DNA from: Veleropilina oligotropha
Taxonomy: Eukaryota
Direction of reading: 5' to 3'
DNA length: 64,000 nucleotides
Assembly (NCBI GenBank): GCA_048128005.1
Contig: JBEUKZ010000107.1
Coordinates: 434,001 to 498,000, forward strand
Shown here piece after piece: positions 40,758-55,700 of this stretch (position 1 is the first letter of the stretch; every line of letters begins with the position of its first letter). The translations under genes and the position numbers were made by a program. Under the pieces are notes generated by a model. It did no database searches and was not told the DNA's origin. It worked only from the letters and a program-made list of their open reading frames with translations.

Positions 40758-43700
40758 CATGCTTGAAAAACTTGAACATTTTATGATAAAATTTGAATTA
40801 AATTATCTTCGATATTAATTATTTATGGTCAGATAACAATGAAATAATGATTGAGAAAATTGAACCAAAATTTCTAAGTCCAAAAGCAGCATTTTATGGT
40901 GAAATTTGAATTAAATTACCTTCAATATTATTTATTTAGTGTGAGGTAATAATAAATATAGAATACTACACTGGTTGTCGATAGATACCATTTTTACGTG
41001 ACGAGTATATGTCTGACGGTATCTAAACGAGCGAAAGCGAGTTTAGATACCGTCAGACATATACGAGTCACGTAAAAATGGTATCTATCGACAACCAGTG
41101 TAGTATTTTATTTATTACTCACGATATTTATGTTGAAATACTTGTTTTATTATCGTATTTCTGCATATAAATCCGAATATTGTCGCCGACAACATTTGCG
41201 TAGGAATTGCCTCTTCATAGATGTGATAAAATCCTTGCGCATTAATATAGGTCGTTCTTATAGCCTAACAACGTTAAAAATAACAAAACGTCTTGTAACA
41301 ATCAATAAGATATTTAATTAAAGGTCTTAATTAAATAATTGTAAATGGCTATTATTATTTATATTTATATACAGAGATTTCAAAATAGCGTCAAATTTCC
41401 ATATTGCATCACGTGTTTTTATCGTCACTGAGCATTGTTTTGTCTGTGGCGCATTGGGCTCGATGGTGCAATTAGAAATCGGTGCGGAAAAAATAGGTCT
41501 TAAGAAATTCCATGACTAGATTGTGAATTTATGGAGCGGGACCGTGAATTGGAAGTTCGAGACATGTATCGAGGGTGGAGCTGCTGGCTGGGGAACGTGC
41601 GAACTGATGATATAATATTGCTAAGTTGAGCAGGCGCGACTTTCGAATTTGTTGCCAGATAAAACGGTGTATCGGCAGAACGAAAATCTACCGGCCTTAA
41701 TGTGGCATACAGCTTATAAATGAATACCGGACATCGTTCGTCGCCCGTTTCCCAAGCACGAGGAGGAACATCACGGACATTCCTGGTATCACCAACTGTG
41801 CGTGTTTGCGTTTGGCGCTTGTTATATTCGAGGAATTCTCTCCCGTCGCTGCCTACCTTTAACGAAACATCGCCCCATTTCATCATATGGTGTGGTTTAA
41901 CACTTCGAAGGACAAAGTGACGGGTGTTATTCCACCACAGAGTATTTATGATGGATTCGGGGTTGTTGCAACCCATTTCATTGCCGTTATACAATTTCTG
42001 GATTTCGTCACAGGATAAACTTTCAGCCCTATTTGGTAAGTTTCCGAGCCCTTGACTTTTAAGTGCTTTTTGTTTTGATGACAAAACATCCCGAAGCCGT
42101 GAAAACTCTGTCCCGCAGTAATGACTTTTCGTACCCTCTGTGTTTTAATGTTAGTGATGAGGGTTAATATTCTTGACCATTTTCTTTATTTATTGACATG
42201 AAGTAATTACATAGGATGTCGCACAGTTCATTTGGCGATATAGTTGCTATTGGTCTATTGTCGCCTTTTAGTATCATGAATTTGGCCAAAATATTAGAAT
42301 CTTACTGTGTCTTTCGCAATGTATTTTTATTTTTGTTTTCTTGAATAAAGCTGTTAATGTTCGAACGGTCGTACTCGTAATCATAAGTTGTGGTAGGTGC
42401 AGATTTTGTATTAGTTTCGTCAAAAAAATCGTCACGAAACTTCATCGTAAACTTAGGCTGGTAGATCGATGATCGATCCAGAGGTTGGGGGTGGCGTTAC
42501 TGACTGGTTGAACTACTGACATAACTCGTCCACGCACTTTCCCGTCAATTTTCATGCAATCATTAACACGGATAATTGATATAGATGTCTCCATCTTGAC
42601 TCTAAGCAGACGACGCATCAAAATTCATTTTATATTTTGTCATAATTATTATTTGTAAATACTATTTTATTGTATGCTTACTTTTATTTATTTTACCAAT
42701 GTTTGTAGTTATTTTAATTATACTTTCGTTGCTCTATAAGATGTCGTTCCGACGGCAGTCGTGGGACATTTTCTTGATAGTAAAAGTTGTAACATATATC
42801 AATGAAAAAGTAGTCCCGTGACCTTACATCAGCAGATTGCTATTGTCCAATCAAAATTGAGGGTTGGAGGTCAATCGTTTATCCAACACCCGTAAGATAC
42901 GAGATTTTTATGAGATAGCGATATCTTCAACACCCGAGTAATAAAATAGTGATATCCAACATATAGAAATGTTAACACATGCATATTATTGCTTATATAG
43001 GTTGCATGATTGAGAAACTCTAACAAAAACTTTAACAGGATCGAGAACAATTGTTGAAGCCAAAAATAAAATAGGTAATAAAAGATTTTCTTTCAATATT
43101 ATGACCATGGTAATAGCCACAAAGTTAATTAATTATCCGGCCTTCCATAAGGAAGGACGACGGTATTACTTTCCCTCAGTGTGTGTATTAGCATGCTTAT
43201 CTGACAGTGTTAGAAACTTCACAGAAAACTACCAAGTGAAGTCGGATTGACATGAAAGATTCAGCATAGTTGGGATCAAATCATTGATCTTACGACACAA
43301 TATTTTTCGGATAGATGGGACACCTGATCACAAATATTTTTAGCGCATAACTCAAGTCAAAATTGATCCGATAAATTTGAAGCTAGCGTAAAAAATTAGT
43401 GTAGTGATCCTCACGTCAGACACAATTAAGATATGGGGTGAGAATTGTTGTGCCTGGCATCTCATGTTGTAATATTAATATTATCATCTATAATATATAC
43501 CAGAAAAACTGAAAATGACGTCATAAAATTCTGATATAGATTTGGATTTGGATACTTTTGGTATTTCCAGGTTTAGTGACGTACTTAGCCTTGTGTCAAA
43601 GTTTAAAGGAAATAGGACCAACGGATATCAAGATGCAGCTGAGTGCAGACAGGCATACATACAAATGGATCGTGTACAGACAGGCATACATACAAATGGA

Positions 43701-46700
43701 TCGTGTACAGACAGGCATACATACAAATGGATCGTGTACGGACAGGCATACATACAAATGGATCGTGTACAGACAGGCATACATACAAATGGATCGTGTA
43801 CGGACAGGCATACATACAAATGGATCGTGTACGGACAGGCATACATACAAATGAATCGTGAGAGTTATAACAATCATTACACAATTGTAAAAGTAGTCCC
43901 ATACCTCCTGGCGATGGGGCTGGCTTCGGTTCTGCTTCTTTCTTTCCGCCTTTCTTCGGCGATGGACTTCGACTCTTTCCCTTCTTCCCACCTTTCTTCT
44001 GGCTCTGAGCAGCCAAGGCTTTTTCTCGCTCCAGTTTTTTCTCGAGTTCTTTTTGTTTCTCAGCCTCCTCTTCAGCTTCCCTTGCTGCTACCTCAGACGA
44101 CAACTGCAAATATACATAGGTTAAGAAAATTTAAAAAACATTGACATCAGGGTTGCATGAATGTCGTCAGGATGTTGCAAGCTCATGTTGATTGTACTTA
44201 TAAAATTACATCCACACACCAAGTAAGAAGCCAATTAAAATTCACTAGTTTGATTTTTCGGCTTAGATTAATGTTTAATGTCCTGTTTTTAACAACCTGT
44301 CAAAGAGTGCCTAGTTGAAGATTCGAACCAAATCGTATTAAACAAGCCGTCAAGCCGGATAATTTCACTCAGAGTCCATGCTCAGCTACCTGAGCAGCCG
44401 GGTTTGATAATGTGGTATAACCTATATACAGTTTCCATATATGTCACAAAATATGTTTGAGTGTTGAATGCAAATATGATCACAAGCAATATTAATACGA
44501 TTATTAATTTGTGTTTACAATTATGAAGCCTACATATGTCGTGGTAAAAGGTTACGTCATAGACTGCCATCTACAGCGGGTTGCCGTGGTGAAGGAGTTC
44601 ATATCCATTGCAGAACTTACAATGCTAATTAGGGCAGTCAGGCCATTATGGAATGCATCAAAGACGAGTTTCTCGTCGGCATCGACTGGCGGTACAGGGC
44701 TCTCGGCCCCAGATCCATCATCCCCCTTCTTCATCCCCTTTTTGTCTTTCTTGTCTTTGGTAGGGGCTGCTCCTGGTTTAGCATCAGGATCTGGAGAAAC
44801 AGGGCGCCGGGGCACTAGTGGAATTCTGAAAATTGGATACTTACATTACAGCATTTAGATATGAAAATATTATCCCAATACTGTACACATATTGAAACCA
44901 ATACAATAACACGATATAAAATTTGCATTAATATTATTCCTTGTCATCCTAAAAGCTGATGACTGTTAATTAACATAATCTTGTGTATTTAATCATTCAT
45001 TTAAAATTATTAAAGAAGTAATGAAATCAAAATAGTCTTCTAAACATAGCATGAAATATAGCACTCCGTAATTACCATCTTGCCCTACATTTGTTGCTCT
45101 ACATTAACTCATCATCTATGACATACTTTTTTCGCGGGCTGTCTTCAGTTGGGGCTGCGGTTTCAACTGGTTTCTCGATCTTTTCCTTTTCTTTACTCTT
45201 GTCGCGTCGTTTGGCAGACGGCGTTCGTGATTTAGATCGGTCTCTGGGTGACTTTGCTCGATCTTTCGGTGATTTCGACCTGTGCCCGTCCTTTGGTGAC
45301 TTTGTTCTTCCATCTTTTGGTGACTTTGTTCTATCTGATTTAGCAGACGGCGATGTCTCTTCAGCCGGAACAGGAGTGGTTACAGGCGCGTCACTGATGG
45401 AGGACTTATCTGGTGAATCTGGCCTCTCTACAGGCAACTAAGACGACAGAAAAAAGAAAATTAATTTACCTTCCTACACCTTGCAACAATCTATATTATG
45501 GCAATCATGTGTACATTAATTTTATTTTATTTAAAGAATTAAAGAATTATTGTCCAAAATGTTAATATTAAACCAAAGATTATGAGAACAACAATTATAT
45601 AAATAAATAAGAGATGGTCCCTAACCAAGAAAAAAACTAAATATGATTATCAAATGAATGTTTGTTACACACACTGCACTTTAAATTAGAATATGCACAT
45701 CATTTGCATTGCCGGCATTTTGAAAGAGAGGCTAACTATGCTGAAACGTCTGTCTCCCTTCACCCCTCAAGCCTGGTGATGGTTATGCAAATCTCTAGGA
45801 CGCTTATGAAAAATGACATGGATTACTTCATAAATTTAGAAAAGCAGCAAAACAGATTTTATGCCAATATAAAATGGTGAATTAAAGGCATAATTTATCG
45901 CAGTTCTCCAACATTCCGTTCTGATGAGTTCCCCAGTCAGTCGCCTTACCTCGATCAGAGGAATACGGGCATAGCTGGTGTTCAGTTCGTCAGGTATGTG
46001 ACCGTCCATCCCGCGGTAATAATCCTTCAACAAGCGCACAGTGTCCTGGTAGCGATCAACTTCAGCCTGAAAGTTAAAACAATTTAATTTTAGTTTTCTT
46101 ATCGAATTTTTATGTGCTATTATTCTGGTGTATATTTACTGGTATACCCACGAAAAGAGTAATTGCCAATGAAAACACAGATGAAATCATAATCTTTCAT
46201 GAAATAGAAAACAGGTGTTGAGAGTGTTACATGGATGTCCTCACGATACTTAATGACACCAGCATGATAGGTGTTGAGAGTGTTACATGGATGTCCTCAC
46301 GATACTTAATGACACCAGCATGATGGGTGTTGCGAGTGTTACATGGATGTCCTCACGATACTTAATGACACCAGCATGATAGGTGTTGAGAGTGTTACAT
46401 AGATGTCCTCACGATACTTAATGACACCAGCATGATGGGTGTAGCGAGTGTTACATGGATGTCCTCATGATACTTAATGACACCAGCATGATGGGTGTTG
46501 AGAGTGTTACATAGATGTCCTCACGATACTTAATGACACCAGCATGATGGGTGTTGAGAGTGTTACATGGATGTCCTCATGATACTTAATGACACCAGCA
46601 TGATAGGTGTTGGGAGTGTTACATGGATGTCCTCACGATACTTAATGACACCAGCATGATAGGTGTTGAGTGTTACATGGATGTCCTCATGATACTTAAT

Positions 46701-49700
46701 GACACCAGCCTGATAGGTGTAGCGAGTGTTACATGGATGTCCTCACGATACTTAATGACACCAGCCTGATAGGTGTAGCGAGTGTTACATGGATGTCCTC
46801 ATGATACTTAATGACACCAGCATGATGGGTGTAGCGAGTGTTACATGGATGTCCTCACGATACTTAATGACACCAGCATGATGGGTGTTGAGAGTGTTAC
46901 ATGGATGTCCTCATGATACTTAATGACACCAGCATGATAGGTGTAGCGAGTGTTACATGGATGTCCCCACGATACTTAATGACACCAGCATGATGGGTGT
47001 TGAGAGTGTTACATGGATGTCCTCATGATACTTAATGACACCAGCCTGATAGGTGTTGAGAGTGTTACATGGATGTCCTCACGATACTTAATGACACCAG
47101 CATGATAGGTGTTGAGAGTGTTACATGGATGTCCTCATGATACTTAATGACACCACATGATGGGTGTTGAGAGTGTTACATGGATGTCCTCACGATACTT
47201 AATGACACCAGCATGATGGGTGTTGAGAGTGTTACATGGATGTCCTCACGATACTTAATGACACCAGCATGATAGGTGTTGAGAGTGTTACATGGATGTC
47301 CTCATGATACTTAATGACACCAGCATGATAGGTGTAGCGAGTGTTACATGGATGTCCCCACGATACTTAATGACACCAGCATGATGGGTGTTGAGAGTGT
47401 TACATGGATGTCCTCACGATACTTAATGACACCAGCATGATGGGTGTAGCGAGTGTTACATGGATGTCCTCACGATACTTAATGACACCAGCATGATGGG
47501 TGTTGAGAGTGTTACATGGATGTCCTCACGATACTTAATGACACCAGCATGATAGGTGTTGAGAGTGTTACATAGATGTCCTCACGATACTTAATGACAC
47601 CACATGATGGGTGTAGCGAGTGTTACATGGATGTCCCCACGATACTTAATGACACCAGCATGATAGGTGTTGCGAGTGTTACATGGATGTCCTCACGATA
47701 CTTAATGCCACCAGCATGATGGGTGTTGAGAGTGTTACATGGATGTCCTCACGATACTTAATGACACCAGCATGATGGGTGTTGAGAGTGTTACATGGAT
47801 GTCCTCATGATACTTAATGACACCAGCATGATGGGTGTTGAGAGTGTTACATGGATGTCCTCACGATACTTAATGACACCAGCATGATGGGTGTTGAGAG
47901 TGTTACATGGATGTCCTCACGATACTTAATGACACCAGCATGATAGGTGTAGTGAGTGTTACATGGATGTCCTCACGATACTTAATGACACCAGCATGAT
48001 AGGTGTTGAGAATGTTACATGGATGTCCTCATGATACTTAATGACACCAGCATGATGGGTGTTGAGAGTGTTACATGGATGTCCTCACGAGACTTAATGA
48101 TACCAGCATGATAGGTGTTGAGAGTGTTACATGGGTGTCCTCACGATACTTAATGACACCAGCATGATAGGTGTTGGGAGTGTTACATGGATGTCCTCAT
48201 GATACTTAATGACACCAGCATGATGGGTGTTGAGAGTGCTACATGGATGTCCTCACGATACTTAATGACACCACATGATCCAAGAGTGAATGTATGAGAA
48301 AGGAATACCTCGTAGCCAGGGAAAACATGCCCTCGTAGCCAGGGAAAACATGCCCTCGTAGCCAGGGAAAACATGCCCTCGTAGCCAGGGAAAACCTGCC
48401 CTCGTAGCCAGGAAAAACCTGCCCTCGTCACCCAGTTATGGACAACTGCGAAGGTTAATTAGACAATATGACCAGCCAAGAAATCAAACTCTTTATCAGA
48501 GCAGTCATACGAGATTCCATGCTCTCGATCTGATCCACTCGGCAACTGGTACCACAGACCTCTGCATCAACTTACCTGCATGAGGGTGATGTAGTGGTTG
48601 CTCAGTAACCCCAGGTGGTCGTCCATCCAGCCGTCATTCATGATTGTCGATCGCTCGTTTTCCGCCTGTTCTTTCCGCTCATCGCAGATGCTCCAGAGCC
48701 TCTCTCTGAGATCGTCCACGCGCTGGTGCAGTTCCGACTTTGTCTCCTCATCGTCACGCATGTCGTCCGCAACCAGGTTATACTCCTGCAAACAGGTACA
48801 ATTATCAGGTCAATGAAACTTTGAATTGCAATTGATTTAATTGACAATATATCAGACAGTTATTAGAGAACAGTAAGTTGCTTGGAAGTAGGGGTATTGC
48901 AAAATGGTATTGATGATTGCATGGGGCAAATAATATTACTTAGAACAATTTAAAGGACATCCTATAAAGAAATAATTCATAAGGACTCAGGTGTACATTG
49001 TGTCAATAAAAATAATAGCCTCGGCATATTTGAAATTTCAAAATATTATAAATTACCCATGTGAAAAACATGTTAACCCAACTTACACCCATTTACAAGT
49101 AGCATATATAGTCAAACTGTTTTACTGAGCAGAGATTTAAGCACAATAATTATACCGTTTAGACTTGTTTATGCAGATAAAAATGTTTATCTCAAAATAA
49201 TACTGTTGGGAGATCAAGAACTGACAATAAAGCTGACTAAACTATAAAATGACAAAAAATATTTTTACACATTTACGACAAGCATTTTGCGGGCATACTA
49301 GAGTAAACAGGAAATATACAGAACACCAAACTTTACCTTTTGCCACTGTTCAACGAATTCTTGTTTATGGTCTGGTCGTCGGAGATATTCAAGATAATCC
49401 TTTCTGAAAATCACATACAGAATACAAATATTTCAATGAATTTGTCAAGCAAAATGGTTATTGCATGTAATTAAATGATAAAGTTCTGCATTGTACAAAT
49501 GCGGCTTGTCTCATTAGTTATTGACATGTGGACATAAAGGACCGCCCAGTGGTGGAGTGGATAAGAGTGCGGCACCGAATTCACTTGCTTGATTGCTCTG
49601 TTTAACAGGAGTGGGTTAAAATTCTCGACAGGACAATTATCTGTCAATTTGAAAGTTATTCAGAACTAGCTGGCATGGTGCAACCAATTTTCATGCGCAG

Positions 49701-52700
49701 GGTCCGATTTACCTGGTATGCAAAAATATATAGATAAATCGGATCCTGATGCGTGACCTGATATGACATTGAAGCGTGTGAAAATCGAAGGTCAAGCATC
49801 GATCCACACCAAACAATATCCAATATTGAGGACAAAGAGAAATGTAGGTCACTGCAGGCTAATGTAGGTCACTGCAGGCTAATGTAGGTCACTGCAGGCT
49901 AATGTAGGTCACTGCAGGCTAATGTAGGTCACTGCAGGCTAATGTAGGTCACTGCAGGCTAATGTAGGTCACTGCAGGCTAATGTAGGTCACTGCAGGCT
50001 AATGTAGGTCACTGCAGGCTAATGTAGGTCACTGCAGGCTAATGTAGGTCACTGCAGGCTAATGTAGGTCACTGCAGGCTAATGTAGGTCACTGCAGGCT
50101 AATGTAGGTCACTGCAGGCTAATGTAGGTCACTGCAGGCTAATGTAGGTCACTGCAGGCTAATGTAGGTCACTGCAGGCTAATATAATGTAGGTCACTGC
50201 AGGCTAATGTAGGTCACTGCAGGCTAATGTAGGTCACTGCAGGCTAATGTAGGTCACTGCAGGCTAATATAATGTAGGTCACTGCAGGCTAATGTAGGTC
50301 ACTGCAGGCTAATGTAGGTCACTGCAGGCTAATGTAGGTCAATGCAGGCTAATGTAGGTCACTGCAGGCTAATGTAGGTCACTGCAGGCTAATATAATGT
50401 AGGTCACTGCAGGCTAATGTAGGTCACTGCAGGCTAATATAATGTAGGTCACTGCAGGCTAATGTAGGTCACTGCAGGCTAATGTAGGTCACTGCAGGCT
50501 AATGTAGGTCAATGCAGGCTAATGTAGGTCACTGCAGGCTAATGTAGGTCACTGCAGGCTAATATAATGTAGGTCACTGCAGGCTAATGTAGGTCACTGC
50601 AGGCTAATGTAGGTCACTGCAGGCTAATGTAGGTCACTGCAGGCTAATGTAGGTCACTGCAGGCTAATGTAGGTCAATGCAGGCTAATGTAGGTCACTGC
50701 AGGCTAATGTAGGTCACTGCAGGCTAATGTAGGTCACTGCAGGCTAATGTAGGTCACTGCAGGCTAATGTAGGTCACTGCAGGCTAATGTAGGTCACTGC
50801 AGGCTAATGCAGGTCACTGCAGGCTAATGTAGGTCACTGCAGGCTAATGTAGGTCACTGCAGGCTAATGTAGGTCACTGCAGGCTAATGTAGGTCACTGC
50901 AGGCTAATGTAGGTCACTGCAGGCTAATGTAGGTCACTGCAGGCTAATGTAGGTCACTGCAGGCTAATGTAGGTCACTGCAGGCTAATGTAGGTCACTGC
51001 AGGCTAATGTAGGTCACTGCAGGCTAATGTAGGTCACTGCAGGCTAATGTAGGTCACTGCAGGCTAATGTAGGTCACTGCAGGCTAATGTAGGTCACTGC
51101 AGGCTAATGTAGGTCACTGCAGGCTAATGTAGGTCACTGCAGGCTAATGTAGGTCACTGCAGGCTAATGTAGGTCACTGCAGGCTAATGTAGGTCACTGC
51201 AGGCTAATGTAGGTCACTGCAGGCTAATGTAGGTCACTGCAGGCTAATGTAGGTCACTGCAGGCTAATGTAGGTCACTGCAGGCTATTGTAGGTCACTGC
51301 AGGCTAATGTAGGTCACTGCAGGCTAATGTAGGTCACTGCAGGCTATTTTAATCCTGGTCGGTAAAGAAAGACAAATCTGGAGAACACGTTCAATGGAGA
51401 CCATCATACTGCACCAAATTCATTGAAATGCGGCATACAGAATGTGGATTACACTAAGTCTTTACATGATATAAATGCGGCATACAGAATGTGGATGTCT
51501 TTACATAATATAAATGCAACCTGAGGAGCTTTTGATTTGTATTACGGTTTATCGTATCGTTAACAAGCACGATAATAATTATAGGACCAATTTCATATTA
51601 CATGTATTGTTAAAAAGCCAGGAATATTAGGTAACATCCACTGATCTAGGAGGCAACAGAGACCGAGAGCTCAAAATAATTTCCTCCTGATCATGAGTGC
51701 GACTCCAAATTTTAACAAGAGCAAAAGCACGAAATGGCTCGCACGCATGGAACTGCACATCAATCACTTATATTTCATGAGTATTGTGTCTACATTCAAT
51801 AGTAGATGGCATTGTCAATTTGAAATAGACATATAAAGCATGTAAAAAGTTGTATAAACAGCAAAAGTCCAAAATGGCTATTTATATGCAAAATTTCTAA
51901 AAATTGTTTTCAATATTTCTACTCTAGGGCTAGACGACAATGAAGTAGTGATATCTGACAAAATACTCCAAAATTTCTCCCAAAACAGCAATTTATGGTA
52001 AAATTGAATTAAATTATCTTCGATATTCATAATTTATTTATGGTCAGATAACAATGAAATAGTGATATATAACATATAGTAATGCTAAAACATGCATATT
52101 GTTGCTTATATATCATGATTGAGAAAATTTAACCAAAAATTTGAATGAATATTTCTAAGTCCAACTAGAAATATGTCCATCGGACACGAATGCCCCCACT
52201 GGCAGCCTTGACCATAGGGGCAGTGTACAAAGTATCAAGTCAATCCATGAAGGCAAATAGAAGTTATAGCAGATTGGAGTTGCTTACACGCAAATACTGG
52301 TTTCGGGATGGACGGGACGGGACGGGACGGGACGGACGGACGGGACGGACAAGAGTAAATCTAAATGCCACCCCAATGAATTGGTGGTGGCATAAAAACA
52401 GCATTTTATGGTGAAATTTGAATTAAATTACCTTCAATATTATTTCTTTAGTGTCAGGTAATAATGAAATTATAGTGATATCTATAGCACATAGAAATGC
52501 TAAAACATGCATATTGTTGCTTATATAGCATGATTGAGAAACTCTAACCAAAAACTTTAACAGGAGAACCAATTGTTGACGCCGGCCGGCCAGACGACAT
52601 GCTCATTACCTAAGACTCCCATTTACGTTGCATGCGAGTCAATAATCAGTGCAATCAGCGTGTGCGGACTCAGAGCTACGTGCGGACTCAGAGCTACGTG

Positions 52701-55700
52701 CGGACTCAGAGCTACGTGCGGACTCAGAGCTACGTGCGGACTCAGAGCTACGTGCGGACTCAGAGCTACGTGCGGACTCAGAGCTACGTGCGGACTCAGA
52801 GCTACGTGCGGACTCAGAGCTACGTGCGGACTCAGAGCTACGTGCGGACTCAGAGCTACGTGCGGACTCAGAGCTACGTGCGGACTCAGAGCTACCCTAA
52901 CAGTGTCAAGAAGAAGACAAAGCCATCAATATCCCCCGCAATGGTACATTCACAATAATTACTATATGCTGTATGCTCTTGAAACAATATCGTTGATTTA
53001 AATAATAACAAGGGCAATAACTCTGTCATTAATCATAACGCCACGTTAAAATTATGAAAAGGCACCAGTTAACCAACTACTAAATGCACCCACCAAGTTT
53101 CGTAATGATAAGTCAAGGACTGTATGAGATATAGTCAGGAATAACAAAATTAAAGCATGGGCAATAACTCTGTAATATTTGACGTACAATGTCGAAATTA
53201 ACGAAAGGCACAAGTTCAACAACTGCTTAATACACAAACCAAATTGCGTAAAGTTATGCCAAGCGGTTTATGAGGTACGCTTCAGAAAGGAGAACAGTAA
53301 CAAATTAACAACAAGGGCAATAACTCTGTTTATGATCACCACACAATGTCAAAACTAGTAAGTTTCGTAAAGTTATGTTGAGCCGTGTATGAGCTATGCT
53401 CCGGAAAAGAGAAATTTAACGAATTTAGAAGAAGGGAAATAACTCTGTTAATGATCGCCGCATAACGTCGAAACTAGCAAAAGGCACCAGTTCACCGACT
53501 ACTGAATACATCCAGTAAGTTTCGTAAAGTTATGTTAAAAGGTGTATGAGCTAGGCTCCGGAAAAGATAACATTAACGAATTTCGAACAAGGGAAATAAC
53601 TCTGTTAATAATAGAGAACCGACGACGAAACTAGCAAAAGGCACCAGTTCACCGACTAATTAATATATCGAGCAAGTTTCGTAAAGTTATGTCAAGCGGT
53701 GTATGAGCTAGGTTCTGGAAAAGATAAAATTAACGAATTTAGAATAAGGGAAATAACTCTGTTAATAATAGCGACACGACGTCGAAACTAGCAAAAGGCA
53801 CCAGTTCACCGACTACTTAATATATCCAGCACCGACTACTTAATATATCCAGCAAGTTTCGTAAAGTTATATCGAGCGGTGTATGAGCTATGCTCCGGAA
53901 AAGATAAATTTAACGAATTTAGAACAAGGGAAATAACTCTGTTAATGATCGCCGCACAACGTCAAAACTAGCAAAAAGCACCAGTTCACCGACAACTGAA
54001 TACATCCAGCAAGTTTTGTAAAGTTATGTCAAGCGGTGTATGAGCTACGCTCTGGAAAAGATAACATTAACGAATTTAGAACAAGGGAAATAACTCTGTT
54101 CATAATAGCGACATGACGTCAAAACTAGCAAAAGGCACCAGTTCACCGAGTACTTAATACACCCATGAAGTTTCGAAAACTTATGTCGAACGGTGTATGA
54201 GATATGCTCCAGAAAAGATAATTTGCACGGACGGACGGTCTGCTTTTAATATCCCCAGCAAATTTTTTTTTGCAGGGGATAACAAGGCAGCCATTAATGG
54301 AGGAACATCTCAAGCAAGCATACACACCATTCACTCATAAAGCCTTTACTTTAATACCTGATTTTATAGAAGTATCTATAGATGCTTTCCCTTTCTTCAC
54401 GAGCATTGTGGAAGACTTCTTTGCTGTTTAGGATATATGCTGCTTCTATTGCCTCCCAGTGTCGAGCCAAAACCTCCGCCAAATCCTGTCAAAGAACATT
54501 ATGTTGGATCAAGAAATTAAGTTTTCAGTTCAAGCTTAAAACTGACATAAAGCACACAAAAATAAAATATCATATTTACATAATACAGTTTAATTTAATT
54601 TAAACGAAAGTACTCTCGTGGAAGCATTCAATTTCTTAATTTGTAAAATTATAAGTGCACAGTTATATTATGGTAACTTACAGGTCACACAATTACAAGC
54701 ACATAATTAATACAAAAATGACTAGATACATGAACATGTCACAAGCACAGAATATTGGCAATGGCCGGCTGTCTCACCTTTTCCAGCGGTTTGTCGATGA
54801 ACTCCCACTCCTCTGACCCGGGCTGTGGTGGCGGTGGCCCTGTGGGTTCCTCGGGTTCTGGCTCTGGCTCCGGTTCAGGGGTTTTCACCTTCTTTCCAGA
54901 CTTGCCACGCTTTGGTGATTTAGGGGATGAACCTATCAAATTTCGATCATCAATGTAAAACAGTAATCAAGTTTATTGGTCACATGAACACATAGAAATT
55001 GACAAAAAGTTATTCCTGGGAAGGAATATATATTTGACAACAAGAATAATGTATGAACTAAAAGATACATTATGATTTTTTGGTTTTTATGTTTTTAAAC
55101 AACGTCTAGATGTTGGTGGAAAGTCTAAATGTATTGATCAAAGTTCATGTATTTTTCTTGCACCATAGCAAATTATAACTCTCCCAATTATAGCTCTCCA
55201 TATTATAACTCTCCCAATTATAACTCTCCCCATAAGTTTATCATTAAAGATTTTGATTGTGCGTGGATTGATGCATAATGTCCTGTTTTTAACAACCTGT
55301 CAGGTTCATAGCTCGACAAGTCCATATTATTGCAGGCGGTTAGCATAGTTGCATGGGAAAACTCGTGTCCTCCAGCCAGTTATGGACAACTGCAACTTGT
55401 AACTGAACATATTCTGAGAGAATTGCCACAACTCAGACTCCTGTTAGACATCCATGGCACTAGAAACCACTCGGGTATAATTACAGGAGATATATATTAT
55501 AAAATTTTCATGCCGAAAAGAAATTCTTGAAGATTTTGGTGAACAGTATTAGTGAAATTAGGCTGCATCCTTTTCCCACGGAAGAAGTGATTGTCAGACA
55601 TATCGTTTTCAAAATGAAGGAGGTGACCAAATACAGCCTTGTATACTTAATACATCTTACTTGCAAGCATCCTTAATATAACAAAATTATTGAAATCATT

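Larger units (their letters stand above)
40459..43070 (-). mobile_element. HINE-like element interrupted by a (TA)n tract and a Crypton
   Basis: Aligns by eye to 51714-52637 (aacaagagcaaaagc...atcaatcacttatatttcatgagtattgtgtc). Confidence 0.65.

Noticed and set aside
41500..42084. Functional nested host gene (ZMYM/KIAA1958/KCTD1-like)
   Set aside because: Upstream in-frame stops, missing catalytic C-terminus, and transposon-like boundaries inside another repeat.
52573..53001. CGLRAT / RADSEL / VRTQSY repeat ORFs
   Set aside because: 18-bp minisatellite read in three frames.
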